Of a stretch of 64,000 bases of DNA, positions 31,813-41,700 are shown one piece after another. The translations under genes were made by a program, and so were the position numbers. The notes under the pieces were generated by a model. The model was given only the letters and a program-made list of their open reading frames with translations. It had not been told where the DNA came from and did no database searches. Positions within the stretch are counted from its first letter, which is position 1; each line of letters starts with the position of its first letter. This stretch comes from Escherichia coli (lineage in GTDB: Bacteria > Pseudomonadota > Gammaproteobacteria > Enterobacterales > Enterobacteriaceae), in assembly GCF_051903065.1 (NCBI RefSeq), contig NZ_CP178438.1; one strand, 5' to 3'.

Positions 31813-32643
31813 CTATTTACCAATATAATTCCATTCACCATTTTTTAATTCAAACAGTTCTGGAAGAGATGACGGTTGCAGAGTCATGCGTTTGAGTGGC
31901 GCATCTTCATCACCGGGGATAACTTTATATCCCATTTTTGCATGGATCTCCGCGGTACCAGGATAGGCTTCTATACCAATGATTGGGTCATTTCCCATCT
32001 CAATATTAGCATTAAGTAATGCGGCAAGGGCGAATCCGGAAGAATTTGCTACCCCTGAGACAGTTATTATCTGATCAATATAGATATCAATTCTTGGCTG
32101 CTCATTGGTCCATCTTTTTGCCTGAGAAGCTGGAAGGGTTGAAATATATCCTATCGTGGTTCCGGCATAACCAGGAACATTGCAACCAGGGCCTAATGTT
32201 ATTTCATGAACTGTATAGTCCTCAACAGGATCGAAAGGGCTCTTCATAAATAAGTTTAGCCGTAAACCTTCTGCTAACTCTGTAGCAGCATGCGCCTTTT
32301 TACATATACCACCATATATTTCGTCTAAAGCTGAGGTGATTTTCAAGTTTCGATAGAGCATACGTCCTGTTGTTGTAATACCATTGAATTCTCTGCATGT
32401 ATCTGTCACATAATTAAATGGCCAGGACTGTTTGCCAATATTAAGTTTTCTAATTTCGACAACGCTTTTTCCATCGTAATTATGGTTATTGCTACGAGCA
32501 AGAGGCAGAAGATAGATATTTTCCGTATCCATGCGTGCATATTCATATCGACGTGTTAACTCATTGTCGACTTTTGGGTGATGAAGGAAGTGATTATCTG
32601 TAATAATTTGACTCTGAAGGGTATTGCTTAATGGCATAGACAT
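31813..32643 (-). CDS. yjiC: Uncharacterised protein YjiC, 276 aa
   Basis: Length and position after uxuR as in K-12; AT-rich gene. Confidence 0.75.
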   Translation of the reverse strand: MSMPLSNTLQSQIITDNHFLHHPKVDNELTRRYEYARMDTENIYLLPLARSNNHNYDGKSVVEIRKLNIGKQSWPFNYVTDTCREFNGITTTGRMLYRNLKITSALDEIYGGICKKAHAATELAEGLRLNLFMKSPFDPVEDYTVHEITLGPGCNVPGYAGTTIGYISTLPASQAKRWTNEQPRIDIYIDQIITVSGVANSSGFALAALLNANIEMGNDPIIGIEAYPGTAEIHAKMGYKVIPGDEDAPLKRMTLQPSSLPELFELKNGEWNYIGK

Positions 32644-32870
32644 AATAGTTACCTTTTATGAGTATTTCACTGATGTTTAGAAAAATAGATAAATTTTTCT
32701 GTAGTAAAAAGAGAAGTAAACAAATGACATGCATGTTTCTGTTGTAGTGATATCAACTCTACACAGTGATATTAAAGGGTAGGAAACACTCTAAAGTATC
32801 AAAAAACGCTCATTTAAAATTATTTGCATGCAATTTAAAAGCATATCTTATTACTGGTAATGACTCCAAC

Positions 32871-33374
32871 TTATTGATAGTGTTTTATGTTCAGATAATG
32901 CCCGATGACTTTGTCATGCAGCTCCACCGATTTTGAGAACGACAGCGACTTCCGTCCCAGCCGTGCCAGGTGCTGCCTCAGATTCAGGTTATGCCGCTCA
33001 ATTCGCTGCGTATATCGCTTGCTGATTACGTGCAGCTTTCCCTTCAGGCGGGATTCATACAGCGGCCAGCCATCCGTCATCCATATCACCACGTCAAAGG
33101 GTGACAGCAGGCTCATAAGACGCCCCAGCGTCGCCATAGTGCGTTCACCGAATACGTGCGCAACAACCGTCTTCCGGAGCCTGTCATACGCGTAAAACAG
33201 CCAGCGCTGGCGCGATTTAGCCCCGACATAGCCCCACTGTTCGTCCATTTCCGCGCAGACGATGACGTCACTGCCCGGCTGTATGCGCGAGGTTACCGAC
33301 TGCGGCCTGAGTTTTTTAAGTGACGTAAAATCGTGTTGAGGCCAACGCCCATAATGCGGGCTGTTGCCCGGCAT
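32871..33374 (-). CDS. insB: IS1 transposase InsB (expressed as InsAB' by -1 frameshift)
   Basis: Canonical IS1 InsB sequence, overlapping insA. Confidence 0.95.
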
Positions 33375-33568
33375 CCAACGCCATTCATGGCCATATCAAT
33401 GATTTTCTGGTGCGTACCGGGTTGAGAAGCGGTGTAAGTGAACTGCAGTTGCCATGTTTTACGGCAGTGAGAGCAGAGATAGCGCTGATGTCCGGCGGTG
33501 CTTTTGCCGTTACGCACCACCCCGTCAGTAGCTGAACAGGAGGGACAGCTGATAGAAACAGAAGCCAC
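33293..33568 (-). CDS. insA: IS1 protein InsA
   Basis: [43 protein letters not shown]...; A6C frameshift site TTAAAAAAC lies at its 3' end. Confidence 0.95.
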
Positions 33569-34092
33569 TGGAGCACCTCAAAAACACCATCATACACTAA
33601 ATCAGTAAGTTGGCAGCATCACCCTTATTACTAATTGGAATTTGATGTTGCTATATTGAGGTCTATATTAATAATGCCTGTGAATGGTATTTTTGATGTA
33701 TTTGATATGTTATTAATTTATATTATTTACAAACTAATTGTTTCAAATAATACATAGATGATTATGCGGAAATAAATAATTTCCCACCGGAATTAAGTAG
33801 CAGCGGTGACAAGTATTTTCATCTACGTAACTATTCGGAATATTCAGAATATACTAGCGGTTTTTTTTTGAGTTTGATGATTTTTATCAAATCATGACTT
33901 TTTTCCTGAAAAGTCAGTAGATATTCATAGGCAAGTAAGGTTTTATACTTTGCTGACAGGATTCAGGCCTGTCTCAGACTGACATGGATGTAATGAACAA
34001 AAGGGAATGGCTATGGAAAATGAGCATCAATACAGTGGTGCCCGGTGTTCAGGGCAAGCCGCATATGTTGCTAAACGTCAGGAGTGCGCAAA

Positions 34093-34485
34093 ATGATGCG
34101 CCAATCACTTCAGGCTGTTTTACCTGAAATTTCAGGAAATAAAACGTCATTGCTGCGTAAATCGGTATGCAGCGATCTCCTCACTCTTTTTAATTCTCCT
34201 CATTCGGCATTACCGTCATTACTTGTTTCAGGCATGCCCGAGTGGCAAGTGCATAACCCGAGCGACAAACATCTCCAGAGCTGGTATTGCCGTCAGCTGC
34301 GTTCTGCACTGTTATTTCATGAGCCACGGATTGCGGCGTTGCAGGTTAATTTGAAAGAAGCGTACTGCCACACGCTGGCGATCAGCCTTGAGATAATGCT
34401 GTACCACGACGATGAACCGCTAACGTTTGATCTGGTCTGGGATAATGGCGGTTGGCGCAGTGCGACGCTGGAGAATGTCAGCTAA
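34093..34485 (+). CDS. iraD: Anti-adapter protein IraD (YjiD), 130 aa
   Basis: [21 protein letters not shown]... matches K-12 IraD; start at the internal ATG. Confidence 0.85.
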   Translation: MMRQSLQAVLPEISGNKTSLLRKSVCSDLLTLFNSPHSALPSLLVSGMPEWQVHNPSDKHLQSWYCRQLRSALLFHEPRIAALQVNLKEAYCHTLAISLEIMLYHDDEPLTFDLVWDNGGWRSATLENVS

Positions 34486-35389
34486 GCACAATCTCCAGCT
34501 CGCGCAGTTCACGCCAGAAGCGTTCGGCAACTGGATTCATGCGGGTATTCATCCGGTATGCGTAGGCCTGAATCGGGATCACCAGTTCGTCCCGATTCAG
34601 CACAACGAGCTGCCCGCTGCGAATTTCTTGTTGGATGGCATACTCCGGCAGCCAGGCAATCCCACAGCCGTCGAGGGCAACCTGCTTTAAAAGCTCGCTC
34701 ATCGAAGAGACAAAAAAGGTGCTAAAACTTAACTCACTGTGGCGCGTCAGGGTGCGATTAATCAATCGCCCCATGTAGGAGTTGCGGCTGTAATTCAGTA
34801 ACGGAAAGTGTGGCTGCGCGAGGTTAAAAAGCGCTTCTCCGTGTTCGTCACTGGCGCAGACAGGGAACAATTGAGATTCAAATAAGCGAATGTGGTCAAA
34901 CGGCGCTTCCAGCAAGTCTTCGTCGTGAAAGGAAAAAATACAGTCACTTTGCCCTTCACGCAGTTTATCGACTGCTTCATCAACATCAATGGCTTCAATT
35001 GCCCAGGTAAAGAGCGGCGGCATCTGGCTGATAATGGACGGTAATAGACCGAGGGAAAGAGAGTGTGCAGCGGCTATCTTGATTTTACGTTGCGCGTAAT
35101 CGCTGCCGCCACGCAGCTCTGCCAGGTTACTTTCTAACTGTTGCAACAGATGGCGGATCTGCGAATGAAAGATTTTCCCTTGTTCCGAGAGTTGCAGCGG
35201 CGTCACCTGGCGGTTAAATAACTCAACGCCAATCGCCTGTTCCAGCGCGCGGATGCGGCGGCTGAATGCCGGTTGCGAGACGTTACGACTGACTGCCGCC
35301 TGGGAAAAATTGCGGCATTTTTCCAGGGTCAGAAAATCATAAAGCCATTTGGTTTCAATATTATGCAAAACCGCACCACAGTCATCCAT
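34478..35389 (-). CDS. hypT: LysR-family regulator YjiE (HypT), 303 aa
   Basis: LysR helix-turn-helix N-terminus and substrate-binding domain; conserved position. Confidence 0.85.
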   Translation of the reverse strand: MDDCGAVLHNIETKWLYDFLTLEKCRNFSQAAVSRNVSQPAFSRRIRALEQAIGVELFNRQVTPLQLSEQGKIFHSQIRHLLQQLESNLAELRGGSDYAQRKIKIAAAHSLSLGLLPSIISQMPPLFTWAIEAIDVDEAVDKLREGQSDCIFSFHDEDLLEAPFDHIRLFESQLFPVCASDEHGEALFNLAQPHFPLLNYSRNSYMGRLINRTLTRHSELSFSTFFVSSMSELLKQVALDGCGIAWLPEYAIQQEIRSGQLVVLNRDELVIPIQAYAYRMNTRMNPVAERFWRELRELEIVLS

Positions 35390-35453
35390 TACGTTTTACT
35401 CTGTCAGCCGCCCTTGCGGGCATTCTACGTCCATTCGGGCGGCTGACAACCGT

Positions 35454-36626
35454 TTATGCCGTTTCAAACGTTCCTTTCACGCAGGCTTTGCCGTCTTTGA
35501 CCATCAGTTTGCCGCGAGCGTATACCTGCTCAATGCGCAATTCTGGCGTCATGACCAGTAAGTCTGCGTCATTGCCTGGCAGAATTTCGCCTTTCCCGCT
35601 CAGGTTAAGGAAACCGGCTACGCTACTGGTGAGCGGGCGCAGGGCATCGCTGATACTGAAATCATAGTCTTTGACCAGCACCTGCACGGTTTCCAGCAAC
35701 GTTTCAAAACCTGCAACACCGATATGGGTTAAATTCCCTTCGTCGTCGAAGAACGGCTGGCTACCGTTGCCGTCGGAGCTGAGGGTGACGCGTGCCAGCG
35801 GAATACCCGCCTGAACGGCGCGGGCAATACCTTCGGCAGGGGCGACCGGTTCGTCAATGCTGCTGGTGATATCGATGGTGCCGCCTTTGCGCGCGAACTC
35901 CAGCGCCTGCTCAAACAACGGTACGTTGCGGTTAACGTGGGTCGGCAGCAGCTTGCTGATCGGCACATCGCAGTTTTCCAGCAGGTCATAAATAGGCTTT
36001 AACGCCTTTTTACTGTCGCCCATGTGGAACACGGTGACGCCAGGTTTACCGCCGAGCAAACCGCCAACGCGGGATTCTGCCGCCATATTAGCCAGGTGAT
36101 AAACGTCCGGTGCGGCAGAACGGTGATCAGAGATGGCGCATTTCACGCCAATCACACGATCGATAATCGCCACGTCTTTTTCCACGGAACCCGTAATAGT
36201 GCGGGAAGGGACATGATAAGCGCCGGTCAGCATCCAGGCGCTGATGCCTTCTTCATTGAGCGCACGGGTCTTGGCGAGCAGGGATTCCGGGTGGCGAGAG
36301 ATAGAGTCGGTGCCCAGCAGACCAACCACTGACGTGACGCCCGCTTCCGTCAGGCGACTTAGCGCCACTTCCGGCGTGCGCGTCGTGGGACCTGCTTCGC
36401 CGCCACCGCCAATCAAATGGACATGTTGATCAATAAAACCTGGGCAGAGGATCTGCCCACTGAGATCGACAACCGTGCAGTCCGGTACAATGTCAGAAGG
36501 GATATTGCTGGCAACGGCGATAATTTTGCCGTTAGCGACGAGGACATCGCAAATTCCCCGATCTTCCGGCGCATACAAATGCGCTCCCTGCAGCAGGGTA
36601 AAACCGGCTGCGGTATAATCAATCAT
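35454..36626 (-). CDS. iadA: Isoaspartyl dipeptidase IadA, 390 aa
   Basis: Amidohydrolase with HVHLIGGGGEAG metal-binding motif; matches K-12 IadA. Confidence 0.9.
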   Translation of the reverse strand: MIDYTAAGFTLLQGAHLYAPEDRGICDVLVANGKIIAVASNIPSDIVPDCTVVDLSGQILCPGFIDQHVHLIGGGGEAGPTTRTPEVALSRLTEAGVTSVVGLLGTDSISRHPESLLAKTRALNEEGISAWMLTGAYHVPSRTITGSVEKDVAIIDRVIGVKCAISDHRSAAPDVYHLANMAAESRVGGLLGGKPGVTVFHMGDSKKALKPIYDLLENCDVPISKLLPTHVNRNVPLFEQALEFARKGGTIDITSSIDEPVAPAEGIARAVQAGIPLARVTLSSDGNGSQPFFDDEGNLTHIGVAGFETLLETVQVLVKDYDFSISDALRPLTSSVAGFLNLSGKGEILPGNDADLLVMTPELRIEQVYARGKLMVKDGKACVKGTFETA

Positions 36627-36638
36627 GGTAACTCCTTG

Positions 36639-37100
36639 TTAAACAATAAGCTGCATAACCCAGATCGACAGCAATGCGTTAATCACGCAGACCGTAATGA
36701 TATGCGGGTAATATTTGGCATTCACTTCGGCTGTCCCCAGGCAGCGACCGACATTTTGCACCGGGTTGCCCATTAAATACATTGCGGGCAGTAAAACGGT
36801 GACATCGTGGCCGGTTAATGCGCCAGCGGTTGCCAGACTGGCGGCAACACCGACTGCGCCGCCCATACTCATTAATGCGGCTAAAAGGACGGTTGCCGCT
36901 TCACCGGGTAATCCCCACAGCGCCATTACGGGTTCACAGATATGCCCCACCCAGTCGAGCAGGCCGGTAATTTTCAGCGCCTGAATGATGACAAACGCCA
37001 TCACCACGTTTGGCAGCAGGTTGGTCGTGGCGATAGTAAAGCCACGGCGCGCGCCATCGATAAACATATCCATGACGTTTTTGCGGACCTGAGTTGTCAT
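36639..37100 (-). CDS. yjiG: Inner-membrane protein YjiG (SpmB-like), 153 aa
   Basis: Overlaps the yjiH stop; length as in K-12. Confidence 0.85.
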   Translation of the reverse strand: MTTQVRKNVMDMFIDGARRGFTIATTNLLPNVVMAFVIIQALKITGLLDWVGHICEPVMALWGLPGEAATVLLAALMSMGGAVGVAASLATAGALTGHDVTVLLPAMYLMGNPVQNVGRCLGTAEVNAKYYPHIITVCVINALLSIWVMQLIV

Positions 37101-37792
37101 GCTTGCGCTCCTTGCGTTGGGTTGCGACGTTCTTCGAAGTTAAGCCAGACGCGCAAAATGTTGGCTCCGACAAATTTAAACACCAGGATGACGGCTAAAG
37201 GTACGATTACGGACGTGCCCAGAAAGGCAAACACCGCGACGCCGGAAGAGAAGTAGTTGGTGATGATGGCGCTACCGCTGGTTTGATATGCGGCGAAAAT
37301 CACTTTATCGCGTTCGGTAATTTCACCTTCCTGCGCCAGCTCTTTGGTCATACCGGCGGCGGCATCAGTGTTTTGCAAGTTAGCGATCAGCGCCAGCGAA
37401 CAGATCCCTGGAATACCCAACAACGGTTTTAGCACAGGTGTCATTAACTGCTGCGCGGCGCGTAATCCACCAAGACCATCGGTAATTGAAATAATCCCCA
37501 GAGAGAGAATGACTGACGGTGCCAGCTCCAGCGCAAAGAGAAAGCCATCTTTAGCCCCCGCACCACCCGCGCCGCGAAATGAGGTGGTGGCTCCGTTCGC
37601 ACCAGGCAGTTGCCCAAACGATCCGTTCAGAACGGAAAAATCAAAAACGCGCCACCAGCTGTCTGTTCCGGAAAAAACACCGGAAAAAAAGATTATGGTG
37701 AGAAAAAAAGCCAGATACCCTTTAATGCCCACTTTTTCTGTCGCCAGCTCCCCGGCTACAGCATCCCCTTGTTGTGTCATAACAATCCCCAT
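37097..37792 (-). CDS. yjiH: Inner-membrane protein YjiH (nucleoside-recognition/Gate domain)
   Basis: Hydrophobic protein immediately upstream of yjiG; 4-bp overlap. Confidence 0.85.
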   Translation of the reverse strand: MGIVMTQQGDAVAGELATEKVGIKGYLAFFLTIIFFSGVFSGTDSWWRVFDFSVLNGSFGQLPGANGATTSFRGAGGAGAKDGFLFALELAPSVILSLGIISITDGLGGLRAAQQLMTPVLKPLLGIPGICSLALIANLQNTDAAAGMTKELAQEGEITERDKVIFAAYQTSGSAIITNYFSSGVAVFAFLGTSVIVPLAVILVFKFVGANILRVWLNFEERRNPTQGAQA

Positions 37793-38029
37793 TGTTTTTT
37801 TGTGTTTGTGTGTTGCTTGAGCCAGGAAAATTCCTGGAGCGGAAAAACCTTATCAGCCATGTGGGTATGGGGAAAATGCAAGTATGTTTCTGGCTATGCG
37901 TTTTTTGCATAGCGGAAAAATTACGCTGTGTGGAAAAGGTTCTACGCAGGATTGAGTTGCAGAAAATTCATAAACCCAGTGACAATGACATTGGTAAATA
38001 AAAACAGAAAATCCAGGGACGAAAACGCG

Positions 38030-38581
38030 ATGGCAAAGTACAACGAAAAAGAGCTGGCGGATACGAGCAAGTTTTTAAGTTTTGTCCTCCGACACAAACC
38101 GGAGGCGATTGGTATCGTACTGGACCGTGAAGGATGGGCGAATATCGATAAGCTCATACTTTGTGCCCAAAAAGCGGGCAAGCGGTTAACCCGTGCATTG
38201 CTGGATACCGTGGTCGCCACCAGCGATAAAAAGCGTTTTAGTTATTCCAGTGATGGTAGGTGCATCCGCGCGGTTCAGGGGCATTCGACTTCGCAGGTCG
38301 CTATTTCCTTTGCCGAAAAAACACCGCCACAGTTTCTCTACCACGGTACGGCAAGCCGTTTCCTTGACGAGATAAAAAAACAGGGGCTGATTGCAGGGGA
38401 TCGTCATTACGTGCATCTCTCTGCTGATGAAGCAACGGCACGCAAAGTGGGAGCAAGACACGGATCGCCGGTTGTCTTAACCGTCAAAGCACAGGAAATG
38501 GCGAAACGAGGCATCCCTTTCTGGCAAGCGGAAAACGGGGTCTGGCTGACATCAACGGTTGCTGTTGAGTTTCTTGAGTAG
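38030..38581 (+). CDS. kptA: RNA 2'-phosphotransferase KptA, 184 aa
   Basis: [29 protein letters not shown]...; Tpt1/KptA family; start at the internal ATG. Confidence 0.9.
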   Translation: MAKYNEKELADTSKFLSFVLRHKPEAIGIVLDREGWANIDKLILCAQKAGKRLTRALLDTVVATSDKKRFSYSSDGRCIRAVQGHSTSQVAISFAEKTPPQFLYHGTASRFLDEIKKQGLIAGDRHYVHLSADEATARKVGARHGSPVVLTVKAQEMAKRGIPFWQAENGVWLTSTVAVEFLE

Positions 38582-38692
38582 TCGTTTATGCCGGCTGGGG
38601 TACAAAAACAATAAATTCAATATATTGCAGGGGTTATATAGGCCTGATAAGCGCAGCACATCCGGCAATGTAGCGTTTGTTATCAGTCTGAA

Positions 38693-38722
38693 AGGATACC
38701 CTCGTAAAAGGGTATCCTTTAA
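38693..38722. terminator. Hairpin between convergent kptA and adhesin genes (9-bp stem AGGATACCC/GGGTATCCT), candidate bidirectional terminator
   Basis: Read directly; T/A-rich flanks on both sides. Confidence 0.5.
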
Positions 38723-38737
38723 TAACAACTGCTGAAA

Positions 38738-41700
38738 TTAAAGTGATTTACGGCAGGCGGTCAGTTGGGGGCTGGAATCAGCGTCGCTTCCGGTCATACC
38801 GGTTAGCATCTGCACATAGTAGTGCCGACTGTAATCATCAGATTCACTTGTCCAGTAAGCTCCCGGTGTAAATTGCGAATTACTGGAAAACGCTCCAACG
38901 TTCCCCCATTCACCATACAGCGATCCCTGCGTGCGTTTGTTTTCGCCAGACGTCAAATGTGCGATGCCAGGGAGATTATATCCATCATTTTTAGCATGAC
39001 AGAGCGCATTGGCAGCTAGCCAGATATTGGTATGATTTCCATTATTCACCCACCAGCCTTTCAGCTTAATTAAGGTCTGGTAGGTTGTACCTCCTTGTCG
39101 GGGAACAGCGCTTATTGTTACTGACGTTTGATCGCCGATATTTGCGAAAGAAACCTTACCTGAAGCATCGACCGACACCCAACTCTGTGAACTTGAAAAC
39201 ATATAATCATCAACGGTTTTACCCGCTTCAAAGTTATCATTGTTGAGTGTGTAATACGCTCCTGCAAAACCTTCGCTCGGGAATTTAGCCGTGGAGAAGG
39301 TATGGTTGTTTGCAGTGACATGACCGGACATTTCTTTTATCGAGCGGATGAGATTCAGCGATACGCTTAAGTTTGCCTGATGAACCCCGTTCAGCATGGG
39401 AATGAGAGTCGCTGTTCCCTCTTTTCCGCCAGTGACAGTCACGGTGTACTCGCCATAATTTCTTTGGCTGTAATCAATATCGCTCAACTTGAGAAAGTTC
39501 ACGAAGGGACCTGACTGGACAAATTCCAGATGATCAGACGTCACTATCGGGTTACCGTACTTGTCTTGCAATGTTAGCGTAAGTTTCGCGCTATGCTGGT
39601 AGTCAGCCATCAGAGTGCTAACGTCGGATTTCAAAATTGACTTACTTTCATCCGCCGTGCCGGCAATCAAGGTAATAGCTGCGGATTGGTTGGCTGTACC
39701 AGGAACTTGCACATTGACTGTTAAGGTTTCTGCCAATGTACTGGTTATTGTCGCCGTGACTTGCCCGGATTGATCGGTACGCGTAGTTGGAATATTAACT
39801 ACCGGGCGACCTTTGGTGTCTAAGGTATAACTAACATCGACACCTTCAACCGGGAATCCGTAATCATCTTCTACTCGTGAAGTGATGGTGCTGCTATCGA
39901 TGCCGTCGGCGGTGATGGTGTCAGGAGAAGCCACGACGCTCACAACATGTGCCGTTTTAGCATCTGCCTTAACCGCAACCGTTACCTGGCTCTGAACGGG
40001 AACATCTTTGCTCATTATGGCCGTAACGGTATAGACATTCACTTTGTCACTGGTCAGCGTCACTTTGGCCTGACCTGACTGGTCAGTAAGGACTTCCCCT
40101 GTATTGCTTAGCGTTGCACCTTCAGGCGTTACGCTAAAGGTGATAATTTGCCCTGGCATCAATTCACCCCGCGCATTTCTCGCCGTTGCGGTCAGCGTAA
40201 TACCCTCACTATTATGGACCGTGGTTTCTGGTTTCGATGATGTTAACTCGAGTTTGCCATTTGCCACATTCACGTCAACCTTACTACTACTGTTATTGTC
40301 CAGCGTTGCCGTCACCTGATAAACCCCAGGTTGGGTGCTGAGAAGGTTAACGTACGCATAACCGTTATTATCGGTGTAAGCCGTATCGCCTATCGTAATG
40401 TTAGCTGTTGGCTGCGCACTTAATCTGACGCGTTGACCCGCGATTACATTGTTAAACGCGTCCGGGACGAGTATCCGTAGCGTGATGTTTTCGCCCACCG
40501 TTATCGTTTTTTCGGCTCCGGTTATACTTATTACCTTCGCCGAACTTTCATCCGGCAGCACTGATAAACTAAACGTTTTATTATCGGAGGCTTGCGCTTT
40601 CCGGCTCACCACGACGTTATGTTGTCCGGCAATATTGCTGGTCATTGTTACCGTCGCCTGACCCAGCGTATTGGTGGTGACTTCTGTTCCGCTTAGAGTG
40701 ACATCGTTACTCTGGAAAGTGACCAACTGGTCTTTAAGCGGATTTTGGTAAGCGTCCAGGATCGTTGCCGTCAGGGTACTCCCCGTACTGTTACCCGCAA
40801 CAATGGAATTTAATGAGGCAGTCAGCGGCTGGAGCTGCGCACTGTTTGTATCCCCAATAAAAGTGACTTGCTGATAAGCAACGGTATTATTTCTGGTCAG
40901 CGTCGCCGTAACTGTAAACTCACCCGCTTTTGTGCCTCGCAATGTGACCACGGCATCACCGTTTGCATCGGTGCGGGCGGTTTCACTACTTAGCGTGAAG
41001 TTCCCGGTCATGGAGGCTGGCAAGGTAAATTTCACATCCTCATCCGGCAACGGGTGTCCATAAACATCTTTCACACTGGCAGTCAGGGTAACGGTATTTG
41101 TATTGTTAGCGATCGCACTGCCCGACCCAGCATTCAAGGTCATTACCGATTGTTCCCTGTTTGGGACCACGGTGATCGTGACCGACTGGTGAATATTTTT
41201 ATTCACCTCAAGCGAGGCATCGACGGAATAGCTACCAGCTTTTGAACTGGTCAGGTGCACCCGCACAATACCGGACTGGTCTGTTGTGGCGGTCGTGTTG
41301 TCCAGTTGCGAGCCACCAGGTGCCACAAAATTCACTTTCATATCTTTTAACGGGTTGTTATGAAAGTCTGTGACGATGGCGGTCAGAGTACTGCCCTGGC
41401 TGTTGCCAGCAATAATGGTATCTGGATCGGCAACCAGTTGTTTGAATTTTGGCGTACTCGAATCGCTAACGAATTTCGCAATTATCCGTTGTGAGAAACC
41501 ATTTGGCAGCGTGGCGCTAATCGTATTTTCTTCCGCAACCTGACTTACCATGTTGATTGTGGCAACACCGTATCCATCCGTATTTTGCTGCGGCGGTTCG
41601 ACAAATTCCGCGCTTCCTTTTTCATTCTTAAAGGTGACCTGATGATTTATCAGGGGATTATCACTCTCATCAGTGACGTTGATAGTGAGGGTATTAAATG

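Larger units (their letters stand above)
32856..33623 (-). mobile_element. IS1 insertion sequence (768 bp) flanked by a 9-bp target-site duplication CTTATTACT
   Basis: Ends GGTAATGACTCCAACTTATTGATAGTG... and ...GGTGATGCTGCCAACTTACTGAT (reverse complement); direct repeats at 32847-32855 and 33624-33632. Confidence 0.95.
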
